Of a stretch of DNA of 64,000 nucleotides, positions 28,017 through 36,053 are shown in pieces; the stretch's first letter is position 1, and each line of letters opens with the position of its first letter. Below the pieces are notes generated by a model, which was not told the origin of the DNA, made no database searches, and saw only the letters and a list, made by a program, of their open reading frames with translations. Made by a program: the position numbers and the translations under genes. Where the stretch lies: assembly GCA_030916895.1 (NCBI GenBank), contig JAUPVR010000002.1:173-64172 (forward strand). The letters run 5' to 3'. The DNA is from Patescibacteria group bacterium (GTDB lineage Bacteria > Patescibacteriota > Minisyncoccia > Phycocordibacterales > UBA5272).

Positions 28017-29798
28017 CTAGATTACATCCACCACCCGAAGTCTAAGCTCCCCTTTTCCACCCCAATAACTTTTTTCCAAGTGTGCAAGCAGGGTATGTGC
28101 TTTTTTTAGTTTTTCCTCAAGCTCCTTGTCAGCAAAAAAATGAATCGCTTTAATTTGTCCTTTTTCTTTTTGGTACACGACTTCTATATGTTCATTTTGT
28201 TTTCCAAACCACCGCACAGATACCGGCGTAACAGAAACAAAAGAAAAAAGAGGTTTCGAGTTCCCCGCACCAAACGGGGCAAGTGCTTGCACTGCGTTGT
28301 GTGTCACCTCGTGTACGTCATCTAATCGTAACTCTGCGTCAATAAACGTTTCTTCTTCGTTTTTACCAAAACAGACAACATGCTTAATCGCATTATTAAG
28401 TGCCGGCGCAAGTTTTTCTATATCACTAAACAGAAGTGAAAACCCTCCTGCTTGTTCATGTCCACCAAAATGGGTAAACACCCCTCCCTCTTCTTTCTTT
28501 CCAGCGTGCGCCATTAAATCAACAACGGACACCTCGCCTTTACTGCGGCATGATCCCTTCGCATGTTCTTTGTCATCCCCTTGTCCCCAAACAAACACCG
28601 GCTTCCCAGTTTCATCGATTATCTTTTGTGCAATGAGGCCAAGTATTCCCGGCCCCCATGATGGATCGCCAACCACAACCACGTCTTCTTTATATGCTTC
28701 GTGATCAAAAGAAATAGTCCCAACAACATCCTTCACCCCCTGTTTTCGTTCTGTGTTTAATTGTTCAAGCGCAATTGCGTGCGCAATTGCAGTATCTGGA
28801 TTTTTTTCAAACAACATGTGGTGCGCTTGTATTGGTTCCCCCATACGCGACGCTGCATTAATACGAGGGGCAATAGTAAAAGCAATGTCATCTTCAGTTA
28901 ATTTGTCTTTTTCAATCCGCCCTGTATAAAAAATATGATTAAGTCCTGGGCGTTTTGTTTTCTGTAAAACCTTTAAACCAAAGTGAGCGAGTGCCCTGTT
29001 TTCTTTTACAAGAGGAACCATATCCGAGATGGTAGAAATACCAACTAAATCAAGAAGCCACTTTTCAAATCCACTCGGAAGTTTTTCAACATGGTGAAGT
29101 ACAGCATTTAGATTTACGTACTTCCCCTTCTTTTCTTTTCGTAGTGTTGCAAGTAAGGCACACGTTAGTTTCCATGCGACTGCACATCCACACAACATGT
29201 CATCTTCATAGGTGCACACATCTTGTTTTGAATTAATCACCGCGCAAGCGTCCGGTACAACTTGTTTTACTTTTCCATTTTTCAATTCCTTTGTAATTGG
29301 CAAGTGATGGTCAGTTACAATCAGATCAACGCCTTTCTTTTTTGCATAAGCAACTTCATCAATATTTGTAATACCAGAGTCAACAGTAATTATCAAGCTC
29401 ACACCACCATCTTTAAGTTTGTCAATTGCATGATTGTGCAATCCATATCCCTCATTGTGACGATGTGGAATATATATTTCAACTGGATACCCAATACTTT
29501 GAAAAAATTCCCGAAGAAGTACACCACCTGGAATTCCGTCGCAATCATAATCAGAGTACACTGCTATCTTCTCCCCTTCTTTAATTGCCTTAATAATTCT
29601 TAGGACTGCCTGCTTCATTCCGAAAATGTCCATCGGGTTACCAATGTCTCGCTCATACGACGGCAACAAAAATTTTTCAGCTTCTTCCTTGTCAGTAATT
29701 CCGCGATGGTACAAAAGTAAAAGTGTAAGCGGATGAATGTCGAGTGCATCAAAAAAAGCACTTGTATCCACATCTTCTCGCAAAACATACTTTGGCAT
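28017..29798 (-). CDS. recJ: single-stranded-DNA-specific exonuclease RecJ
   Basis: DHH motifs (YSDYDCDGI, DHH at IVTDHHLP) and DHHA1 region; 593 aa. Confidence 0.85.
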   Translation of the reverse strand: MPKYVLREDVDTSAFFDALDIHPLTLLLLYHRGITDKEEAEKFLLPSYERDIGNPMDIFGMKQAVLRIIKAIKEGEKIAVYSDYDCDGIPGGVLLREFFQSIGYPVEIYIPHRHNEGYGLHNHAIDKLKDGGVSLIITVDSGITNIDEVAYAKKKGVDLIVTDHHLPITKELKNGKVKQVVPDACAVINSKQDVCTYEDDMLCGCAVAWKLTCALLATLRKEKKGKYVNLNAVLHHVEKLPSGFEKWLLDLVGISTISDMVPLVKENRALAHFGLKVLQKTKRPGLNHIFYTGRIEKDKLTEDDIAFTIAPRINAASRMGEPIQAHHMLFEKNPDTAIAHAIALEQLNTERKQGVKDVVGTISFDHEAYKEDVVVVGDPSWGPGILGLIAQKIIDETGKPVFVWGQGDDKEHAKGSCRSKGEVSVVDLMAHAGKKEEGGVFTHFGGHEQAGGFSLLFSDIEKLAPALNNAIKHVVCFGKNEEETFIDAELRLDDVHEVTHNAVQALAPFGAGNSKPLFSFVSVTPVSVRWFGKQNEHIEVVYQKEKGQIKAIHFFADKELEEKLKKAHTLLAHLEKSYWGGKGELRLRVVDVI

Positions 29799-29858
29799 GA
29801 CAAGCAGTATACCCTGTCACGCATAGCATTGCTTTTTTGTCTTTTTTAAAAGACAACC

Positions 29859-31352
29859 CTACTTCACCTTAAACTGCTTGCGGATTTCTTTGACCTTTTC
29901 AATATTTTTTGCCTCCATTTCCTCTTTTCCTTTCTCCCCCAATGTCTTTAATTCTTGAACAGAAAGCTTCATAAGTTCCTTTGCCTTATTATCTAGGTAT
30001 TCTTCAGTATTTTTCTCTGGGTTATCGAGGACTTCATCAAACAACGCATGTAAGATAAAACCAATTTTTGGCCCCGCCGTTTCTTGTGTAACGTTCATAA
30101 TCCTATTTCCATCAGTTTTAAGCATTTTTAGACTGATTGGGTCTTGAAGTGCTTGTTCTACCATTGATTCGTACATGCGCAAGCGGTACGGCTCTTCCTT
30201 TGGACGCCCTGTTCCAATACGGTCGCAAATACGAAGATTAATCAAATCCCATATATTTTCCTTGCCAACATTAGAAATCAGGCGTCTCACGGCAGAAATG
30301 GTAATTTGTTCAGTATCACTAAAAAACATGTGCCAACGCACAAACATTGATACTTTTTCTGTTACATCCTTTGGGAAACGCATTCTTTCCATAATTTCAC
30401 GTGTAACGCGCCCACCAACAACATCATGTCCATAAAATGTATAATCATTCTTCTCTTTTGAAAAACGCCTTGTTTCTGGTTTTGAAATGTCATGAAACAG
30501 CCCAGCAAGCCTTATGTGCAAAGGCCATTTCTTGTCTGCCGCGTGCTGAAGCGTGCGCAAATTATGCTCCCAGACATCAAATTTGTGTGCTTGATTCTGT
30601 TCAATTCCAACCCCTTTTAATAGTTCCGGTAAAACATACTCCAAAATACCGAGCTGTTTCATGAGAAACAGCCCACGAAGTGGGTAATCCGTCATGAGAA
30701 GTTTCACAAACTCATCCCTAATTCGTTCTTGCGAAATATTCTTTATTAAATGGGCGTTTTTCTCAATACTTTCACGTGTAACGCTATCAATATCAAAATC
30801 AAGCTGTGCCGAAAGCCTAATTGCGCGCATAAGACGAAGGGCATCCTCATTGAAACGGACATCTGGATCTCCTACCGCCCTAATAATCTTATGTTCTATA
30901 TCATCCTGACCTTTATATGGATCAATATATTCATTATTGATTGGATTATAAGCAATTGCATTTACCGTAAAATCTCGTCTTTTAAGATCGTCATAAATTT
31001 CCTTTCCCCAAGTTACCGCATCTGGATGTCTGTTATCAGAATATGTCCCTTCTAGTCTGTATGGTGTAATTTCAACGACTTTTAATGTTTCATCAGTACA
31101 AGGAATCCCCAATTCTTCTCCACAAGTAACAACACCCACTGTTCCGTAGTCGTTTTCATAAAAAGTCTTTGGAAACAAAGGAATTATTTGTTCTGGTATT
31201 GCATTTGTTGTAATATCAAAATCATTTGGCTTTCTTCCCATCAACATATCTCGAACGCAACCACCAACAAGAAACGCTTCAAATGTTGCGTTTTGTAGAA
31301 TTGCGACTGACATCGCGGCTTCCTTTGGGATTTGATTCTGTATTTGTGTCAT
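29859..31352 (-). CDS. cca: CCA-adding tRNA nucleotidyltransferase with HD domain
   Basis: LVGGCVRDMLMG…DFDITT Pol-beta NT motif; HD motifs downstream. The ORF extends to 31460, but that N-terminus (MVLPPGFEPG) is antisense of tRNA-Arg. Start taken at MTQ; MSVAIL at 31313 is also possible. Confidence 0.8.
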   Translation of the reverse strand: MTQIQNQIPKEAAMSVAILQNATFEAFLVGGCVRDMLMGRKPNDFDITTNAIPEQIIPLFPKTFYENDYGTVGVVTCGEELGIPCTDETLKVVEITPYRLEGTYSDNRHPDAVTWGKEIYDDLKRRDFTVNAIAYNPINNEYIDPYKGQDDIEHKIIRAVGDPDVRFNEDALRLMRAIRLSAQLDFDIDSVTRESIEKNAHLIKNISQERIRDEFVKLLMTDYPLRGLFLMKQLGILEYVLPELLKGVGIEQNQAHKFDVWEHNLRTLQHAADKKWPLHIRLAGLFHDISKPETRRFSKEKNDYTFYGHDVVGGRVTREIMERMRFPKDVTEKVSMFVRWHMFFSDTEQITISAVRRLISNVGKENIWDLINLRICDRIGTGRPKEEPYRLRMYESMVEQALQDPISLKMLKTDGNRIMNVTQETAGPKIGFILHALFDEVLDNPEKNTEEYLDNKAKELMKLSVQELKTLGEKGKEEMEAKNIEKVKEIRKQFKVK

Positions 31353-31384
31353 AAAGTGTGGTAGAATCTCTTTGTAAATCAAGC

Positions 31385-31459
31385 GCTTCCGTGGTGAAAT
31401 GGATATCACAACGGTCTTCGGAACCGTTATTCCAGGTTCGAATCCTGGCGGGAGCACCA
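31385..31459 (+). tRNA. tRNA-Arg (anticodon TCG), CCA encoded
   Basis: Hand-folded: acceptor gcttccg/cgggagc (one G-U pair), D-arm gtga/tcac, anticodon arm acggt-cttcgga-accgt, T-arm ccagg-ttcgaat-cctgg, 3' acca. Confidence 0.7.
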
Positions 31460-31532
31460 ATATAAGCTTTTCTTAATTAAGTCTATAACAATATAAGCTT
31501 TTTCATCTAGCCCCTATCCCCTTTTGTTTCTG

Positions 31533-31603
31533 TGCGGCGTAGGAGAATCGAACTCCTGTCTCATCCTTGGCAAGGACGTGTTCTACCACTAAACCAACAC
31601 CGC
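31533..31603 (-). tRNA. tRNA-Gly (anticodon GCC)
   Basis: Reverse complement folds: acceptor gcggtgt/acgccgc, D-loop agtggta, anticodon arm cgtcc-ttgccaa-ggatg, T-arm aggag-ttcgatt-ctcct. Confidence 0.8.
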
Positions 31604-31927
31604 AGTTAGAATATACTACCACAATAGTTTTTTGTTTGAAAGATGTTGATATGGTTCTTGATATTGAAGGCGTTATGATCTATTACACATGTAACGATAC
31701 GTTCCATGTGGGTAGAAAAGTACAAAATACTATTATTAAGTACAAAAATGGGGATAAACATGTGGGTACGGTGTATAACGGACAGCTTCGTAATTTGACC
31801 TTATTTTTTAAAAGCCTTATTATATAAGGTTTTTACAAAATATTTGTTCTTTTTTATATCACAGACATGTCTTTTTGTTTCACGTGAAACGTTATTTTTG
31901 TCTATTTTGTGTATACTTATTAATACA

Positions 31928-32317
31928 GTGGCAGAACATAATGAAATTGGAAAAATTGGTGAGAAAATAGCTATTTCGTTTCTTGTGAAACATGGTTTTT
32001 CTCTTGTGGAAAAAAACTACAGGACAAAATATGGTGAAATAGACATTATTGTTAAAAAAGACCTAAAAATAAGGTTTGTTGAGGTAAAATCTGTTAAAGT
32101 AAGAGACTTTAATGCCTTTGAGCAATTGCGAGTTATGCCTGAAGACAACTTTACCAAAGATAAACATTCTAAAGTTATCGTGAGCGCTGAAACATACCTT
32201 AATCATAAAAACATTTCACACGAAACGGTTTGGCAGGTAGATTTAGCTTGTGTCTATATAAATCCCGAAACAAGGGAGGGGAGAGTCACATATTTTGAAA
32301 ATGTTTCTCTAGACTAG
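31928..32317 (+). CDS. YraN/UPF0102 family putative endonuclease
   Basis: …GEKIAISFLVKHGFSLVEKNYRTKYGEIDIIVKKDLKIRFVEVKSVK… family signature. Probable GTG start; the ORF track begins at 31844. Confidence 0.6.
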   Translation: MAEHNEIGKIGEKIAISFLVKHGFSLVEKNYRTKYGEIDIIVKKDLKIRFVEVKSVKVRDFNAFEQLRVMPEDNFTKDKHSKVIVSAETYLNHKNISHETVWQVDLACVYINPETREGRVTYFENVSLD

Positions 32318-32337
32318 GGGATTAAAGAATGCATTAT

Positions 32338-32361
32338 TTATAATGTATGCTAGAATACATT
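32338..32361. other. candidate Xer/dif-like or att core: 7-bp inverted arms aatgtat / atacatt around a 6-bp spacer gctaga
   Basis: Read directly; architecture (inverted arms plus 6-bp central region) resembles tyrosine-recombinase core sites; adjacent to the tRNA-Pro scars. Confidence 0.2.
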
Positions 32362-32380
32362 GCACGTTTCTGTATATATT

Positions 32381-32420
32381 CGGAGTGTGGTGTAACGGCT
32401 AACATGGACTGGTTTTGCAG
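32381..32420 (+). pseudogene. pseudo-tRNA: duplicate of the 5' half of tRNA-Pro (acceptor 5' strand, D-arm and start of anticodon stem), no T-arm or 3' acceptor
   Basis: cggagtgtggtgtaacggctaacat…ctggttttg is identical to tRNA-Pro positions 1-25 plus ctggttttg, then diverges. Confidence 0.45.
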
Positions 32421-32481
32421 GTAAACAGTCAGCGACGAATGAGTTGCAAGTCGTGGATACCACATTTCGATAATCACACTT

Positions 32482-32554
32482 CGGAGTGTGGTGTAACGGC
32501 TAACATTCTGGTTTTGGGTACCAGCGACTCAGGGTTCGAATCCCTGCACTCCGA
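32482..32554 (+). tRNA. tRNA-Pro (anticodon TGG)
   Basis: Acceptor cggagtg/cactccg, D-arm gtgt-aacggcta-acat, anticodon arm ctggt-tttgggt-accag, T-arm caggg-ttcgaat-ccctg. Confidence 0.85.
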
Positions 32555-32562
32555 CAAATTGT

Positions 32563-32592
32563 AAAACACCACTTGTAATCAAGTGGTGTTTT
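32563..32592 (+). terminator. hairpin aaaacaccactt-g-taatc-aagtggtgtttt after tRNA-Pro
   Basis: 12-bp stem ending in a T-run. Confidence 0.45.
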
Positions 32593-32756
32593 ACTTTGGA
32601 GGGTGCAGTGGGTGAACTGCTCACACGCGTGGGGATTCGAAGACCACAGCCATGTTTTTCTAGCAGGAAAAATGGGCGAGGGGAGGCTGATTAGCAAATC
32701 ATGCCGTGAGGTCAAAGCGAGTTCCTGGAGTGGCGACGACATGAAACTTGTAGGAG

Positions 32757-32776
32757 AAATTCCCTGCGCTCCGACA
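32757..32776 (+). repeat. direct repeat of the tRNA-Pro 3' end (aattccctgcgctccgaca vs aatccctgcactccgaca)
   Basis: 18 of 19 nt identical to the T-stem and acceptor 3' strand of tRNA-Pro, about 200 bp downstream of it; classic attR-like scar. Confidence 0.4.
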
Positions 32777-32785
32777 GATAAAGAA

Positions 32786-32813
32786 AAAACTAGCTAATTA
32801 GCTAGTTTTTTCT
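32786..32813. terminator. bidirectional terminator aaaaaactagcta-att-tagctagtttttt
   Basis: Perfect 13-bp stem flanked by A-run and T-run; immediately 3' of tRNA-Gly(TCC) on the minus strand. Confidence 0.65.
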
Positions 32814-32825
32814 TTGTTTACTCTG

Positions 32826-32896
32826 TGCGGCGTAAGAGAATCGAACTCTTGTCTCCTGCTTGGAAGGCAGGCATTCTACCACTAAACCAACACCGC
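32826..32896 (-). tRNA. tRNA-Gly (anticodon TCC)
   Basis: Reverse complement folds: acceptor gcggtgt/acgccgc, anticodon arm cctgc-cttccaa-gcagg, T-arm aagag-ttcgatt-ctctt. Confidence 0.8.
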
Positions 32897-33032
32897 GATA
32901 GCAATATACTACTATACTTTTGTTTCTTTTTCCAGAGCAGGGGAGTATGTTTTTTTATAAAAGTAGCTATACTTGACAAAAATAGAATAATAGTGCAGTA
33001 TACAAATTAACCATTGTACACAGGAGGATCTC

Positions 33033-33275
33033 GTGGACGCAAAAAGATTGTCCGAGATCCGTTCGGATCTCATCAATAAAGGCGACGCCTTTATGAAAGC
33101 GCTCGAAGGATACCACACGGAACTGGCAAAAATCCGTGAAGAGAGGGTGCCTACAGCTGAGGAGCGCCACTGCTTCAAGGAAATCAGTCGTGTTCTCTAC
33201 GCCGTTCGTGGCATGTCGTTTGACTTCGTGGAAAAAGAAGGTAAACCACAGATCGAGCTCATTTCGAGCAAATGA
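33033..33275 (+). CDS. hypothetical 80-aa protein, GC-rich islet (GTG start, SD caggagga)
   Basis: About 50% G+C by eye against AT-rich flanks; TTGACA-like -35 element upstream; hairpin plus T-run terminator downstream (33278-33310). Confidence 0.5.
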   Translation: MDAKRLSEIRSDLINKGDAFMKALEGYHTELAKIREERVPTAEERHCFKEISRVLYAVRGMSFDFVEKEGKPQIELISSK

Positions 33276-33344
33276 CCATACCCTAGGGTGTGGTCATTTT
33301 ACTTTTATTGCAAGCCCGTACTACAAACTATATACTTCATACAT

Positions 33345-33689
33345 ATGACACCAGAATCAATGCGCGCAAGCGAACAAGCAATGGAAAGTGATGTGCAGGT
33401 AAAATCAAAGCTTCAAGCAACTATAGAAAAAGACCAGGAGATACTACAAATCATGGATGATCTCATTGGAGCAAAAAATGAACTTACACAAACAACAGAA
33501 CCTGCCGCAATCCAACGATTAAAAACAAAAATTAAAACTCTTGAACTTCTACAACAAGAACGAGAGCAGGTTATACGAGATACGTTTTTCAAAGTAAAAC
33601 AAGTCCCCACACAAGAAGAGGATGTTGATCCTTACAAACACGAAGGTACACAAAGAATTGGTCCTAATTTAAGTAAGTACCGACAATAA
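33345..33689 (+). CDS. hypothetical coiled-coil protein (114 aa)
   Basis: ORF with native-like AT-rich composition; TATACT immediately upstream of the ATG suggests it may be leaderless; followed by a strong terminator. Confidence 0.4.
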   Translation: MTPESMRASEQAMESDVQVKSKLQATIEKDQEILQIMDDLIGAKNELTQTTEPAAIQRLKTKIKTLELLQQEREQVIRDTFFKVKQVPTQEEDVDPYKHEGTQRIGPNLSKYRQ

Positions 33690-33692
33690 AAC

Positions 33693-33718
33693 AAAAACCG
33701 CCAGGGAGGCGGTTTTTT
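33693..33718. terminator. terminator aaaaaccgcc-aggga-ggcggttttttg (bidirectional, also serves hup on the minus strand)
   Basis: 9-bp GC stem with A-run and T-run flanks. Confidence 0.65.
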
Positions 33719-33735
33719 GTTGCTACTGTAGTTGA

Positions 33736-34008
33736 TTACTTAACTGCGTCCTTAAGAGCCTTAGCTGCTGAAAACTTTGGAACAGTTGTTGCTGGAACCT
33801 TTACGGTTTCACCTGTCTTTGGGTTGCGAGCATCACGAGCTGCACGCTTCTTTGCGAGAAACTTACCGAATCCTGCGATTGAGACTTCTTCTCCTTTCTT
33901 AAGATTCTTTGTAATGGTATCGAAAACTGTATCAACTACAGCTTCTGCCTGTACCTTTGTACCGCCCAATTGTGCGTGTACTACTTCTACGAGACCTGCT
34001 TTGTTCAT
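33736..34008 (-). CDS. hup: HU/IHF family nucleoid-associated DNA-binding protein
   Basis: MNKAGLVEVV….GFGKF…R.ARNPKTGE… HU signature, 90 aa. Confidence 0.85.
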   Translation of the reverse strand: MNKAGLVEVVHAQLGGTKVQAEAVVDTVFDTITKNLKKGEEVSIAGFGKFLAKKRAARDARNPKTGETVKVPATTVPKFSAAKALKDAVK

Positions 34009-34183
34009 ATGATTTATTTTTGCGATAGTAAGCTTTCCTAGGAACTTACTATCAATAAGATTGTTTAGTAATCAGCACCGCAAAGCAAGAAGCTATGTGT
34101 GCGATATAGAAAGTATATCCAGTACGCAATTTTTAGCAAGCCCTACAAGGGTTTTTTAGATAAAACATTGATAGGGGGCATTT

Positions 34184-34211
34184 TTGACAAAGTATTTTTT
34201 TATGCTATAGT
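34184..34211 (+). promoter_or_regulatory. sigma70-like promoter TTGACA-16-TGcTATAGT
   Basis: tttttgacaaagtatttttttatgctatagt read directly; drives the GC-rich small-ORF unit. Confidence 0.5.
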
Positions 34212-34290
34212 AAAACTACGCAGATGAGTTGCTCTCACTGCCCTTTTTATTTCTGTTTATTTCTGTTTGCCCAAAAATGAGGAGAAACCC

Positions 34291-34428
34291 TTGCAAAACA
34301 AGACCGAAAAGGAACTCGCCGACATCGAGCGCCAGTTCTACCAAACGCTTAGGGAGGTAATCGAAGTCACCAAGAGAACCTTCGGAAGACACCCCCAAAG
34401 GGAGGCCGAAACTCAGGACGCATAAAGT
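34291..34428 (+). CDS. small GC-rich ORF (45 aa, TTG start; SD gaggag 6 nt upstream)
   Basis: (M)QNKTEKELADIERQFYQTLREVIEVTKRTFGRHPQREAETQDA; about 58% G+C; could instead be a leader or sRNA. The antisense 71-aa ORF 34216..34431 is judged spurious. Confidence 0.3.
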
Positions 34429-34442
34429 CAATCGGCATCCAC

Positions 34443-34476
34443 AGCCGGCCCCGCATCGCGCAGGGCCGGCTTTTTA
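34443..34476 (+). terminator. GC-rich rho-independent terminator agccggccc-cgcatcgcgca-gggccggct plus TTTTT
   Basis: 9-bp GC stem followed by a T-run. Confidence 0.65.
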
Positions 34477-34505
34477 CTTCCTATTATCCAATTTTCTATA
34501 CCGCA

Positions 34506-35261
34506 CTACTTACTTGCTTCCCAAATGACATTAAACTGCACTTTCATGAGCTCTACAAAATCTTTTGATGTAACGATGAAACCAAAAACTTCCTTGTGTG
34601 AGGAAATGAATGAGACCTTATCACCATAAATTGTATATCCCATATTCCAGGTAACGCTTTTCTTTGCAAATCTTTTTTCAGTGAGCGTGTCCTTTCCGTT
34701 CCAAATATAATCTTTTGTAGAAACTTTTTCATGTGGCCACAGTGTTCGAATTAAAATCTTAGATTGAAGCCTGCGCTCATTGAAACGAACAAGTACTTCT
34801 TTGCCGAGCACATGAAGCATCTCAGTATACGGCCACATTGTGTGAATTGTTTCCCCTTTATACCAAAGAATATCGTTTAGGAGATGTGTGAGACCATCTT
34901 TTCCTTCAAAAAACTTTATAACAGGGGACTCGGTTCGTGAATATTTTAGAAGTTCCGGCAAGAGTTCAGTGAATAGTTTCTCTTTGTGGGAAAGCTCTTC
35001 CTTTTTTTCTTTAAGTTGAACACCAATATGTTTAACATCGTCTATTGCAAAGTATTTTTTGTTTTCTACTTTCTTTTCAATGATGAGACCTTTCTTTTTA
35101 AGTAAGGCGAGGTGATCATACGTTGATGGTCTCGTAAGTGAAAGCCGTTCGGAGAGCATGCGAGCCGTTGTTTCACCATTTTCTAAAAGCTCTGCATAAA
35201 TCTTCTGCGATGACGGTGGGAGATCAAGACTATGCAAAATATCTTTAAGGTCGTATTTCAT
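34506..35261 (-). CDS. TrmB-family transcriptional regulator (N-terminal wHTH plus C-terminal effector-binding-like domain)
   Basis: …SQKIYAELLENGETTARMLSERLSLTRPSTYDHLALLKKKGLI… wHTH typical of TrmB; 251 aa. Confidence 0.55.
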   Translation of the reverse strand: MKYDLKDILHSLDLPPSSQKIYAELLENGETTARMLSERLSLTRPSTYDHLALLKKKGLIIEKKVENKKYFAIDDVKHIGVQLKEKKEELSHKEKLFTELLPELLKYSRTESPVIKFFEGKDGLTHLLNDILWYKGETIHTMWPYTEMLHVLGKEVLVRFNERRLQSKILIRTLWPHEKVSTKDYIWNGKDTLTEKRFAKKSVTWNMGYTIYGDKVSFISSHKEVFGFIVTSKDFVELMKVQFNVIWEASK

Positions 35262-35385
35262 AGTATGTTATATTTGTCGAGTTTCGCCGACAGTTTAACA
35301 AACTTATATCTTCTCTGTAAAGTGTAGACAGGTTAGTTCGTTTCCTAACCGCATAGTGAAACCTAGTAGAGAACAGGAGCATGCA

Positions 35386-35937
35386 ATGGCAAACGCCGTG
35401 AATCGCATCAAGAAAGCCTTCACCAATATCCCGTCCTCGCTTCGTGAAGCGGGGAAGTTCATCCTCGAAATGGCCGAAAGGCAGAAGCGGATGAACGAAA
35501 TCAAGCGCGAAGCCAAGAAAAAGATCAAGGAGCTGAGCGACAAGATGGAAGAGGATCTCAAGACGCTTCGGTCCGAACGCGACACATTCTTCAACGCGCT
35601 ATTTGCGTTCGCAGAACCCAAGAAAGAGGAGCTCACCGAAGAGCTTCGCACGGTGAAGCTTCCCGAAGGGGACTTCGGCTGGCGCTGGACGCCACCTGCA
35701 GTGGTGATCAAAAACGGCCTCTCGGACGCAGATATCATCGCGTACCTGAAGAAGATCGGTCTTCATCACTATATTCGTGTGGTCGAAGAAGTCGACCGCG
35801 AAGCGCTCCTTCGTGTTCGCCCCAACCTCCCCGTCATCGCGTACGAACAGCGCGAAGAATTCTTCGCCAAACCCAAGTTGAAAAAAGGCGAGGGTTCATC
35901 GGAAGAAATCACTAAGACCGACACCATCGATCGCTAG
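35386..35937 (+). CDS. phage Mu Gam-like (host-nuclease-inhibitor / Ku-like DNA-end-binding family) protein, GC-rich
   Basis: N-terminal coiled coil followed by …GDFGWRWTPPAVVIKNGLSDADIIAYLKKIGLHHYIRVVEEVDREALL…, which I recognise as resembling the conserved core of the Gam family (from memory, not searched). SD caggag; the ORF extends to 35356. Confidence 0.45.
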   Translation: MANAVNRIKKAFTNIPSSLREAGKFILEMAERQKRMNEIKREAKKKIKELSDKMEEDLKTLRSERDTFFNALFAFAEPKKEELTEELRTVKLPEGDFGWRWTPPAVVIKNGLSDADIIAYLKKIGLHHYIRVVEEVDREALLRVRPNLPVIAYEQREEFFAKPKLKKGEGSSEEITKTDTIDR

Positions 35938-35955
35938 TACATCACATGCGACACA

Positions 35956-35984
35956 CCCCCACACATCTTCGGATATGTGGGGGT
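35956..35984 (+). terminator. terminator cccccacacatc-ttcg-gatatgtggggg plus TTTT
   Basis: 12-bp stem (one mismatch) plus T-run after the Gam-like gene. Confidence 0.55.
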
Positions 35985-36002
35985 TTTATTATGTAACGTA
36001 CT

Positions 36003-36030
36003 AAAGAGCGACGCCTACGGCGTCGCTCTT
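36003..36030. terminator. hairpin aaagagcgacgcc-tacg-gcgtcgctcttt
   Basis: 12-bp perfect stem. The core GCGACGCC…GGCGTCGC also occurs in the fusA terminator at 13287. Confidence 0.5.
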
Positions 36031-36053
36031 TATATTTGTTTCTACCTTTTTCG

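Noticed and set aside
29859-31460. N-terminal 36-aa extension of the cca ORF (MVLPPGFEPGITVP…)
   Set aside because: This stretch is the antisense translation of tRNA-Arg (31385-31459) and its T-arm (ggttcgaatcc read as PGFEP). The true start was placed downstream at 31352.
31567-31827. 86-aa plus-strand ORF
   Set aside because: Its 5' end overlaps tRNA-Gly(GCC) on the opposite strand and the rest is AT-rich low-complexity intergenic sequence with no SD.
32500-32742. 80-aa minus-strand ORF and 64-aa plus-strand ORF (32603..32797) in the tRNA-Pro downstream region
   Set aside because: Both overlap tRNA-Pro, its 3' repeat or the terminator hairpins and have poor start context; treated as non-coding relic or possible sRNA instead.
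32597-32785. tmRNA or SRP (4.5S) RNA
   Set aside because: No 5'-GGGG…3'-CCA pairing with a T-arm in the correct orientation, no tag-peptide reading frame with a resume codon, and no GGAA/AGCAGCC-type SRP domain IV motif. Too short for tmRNA.
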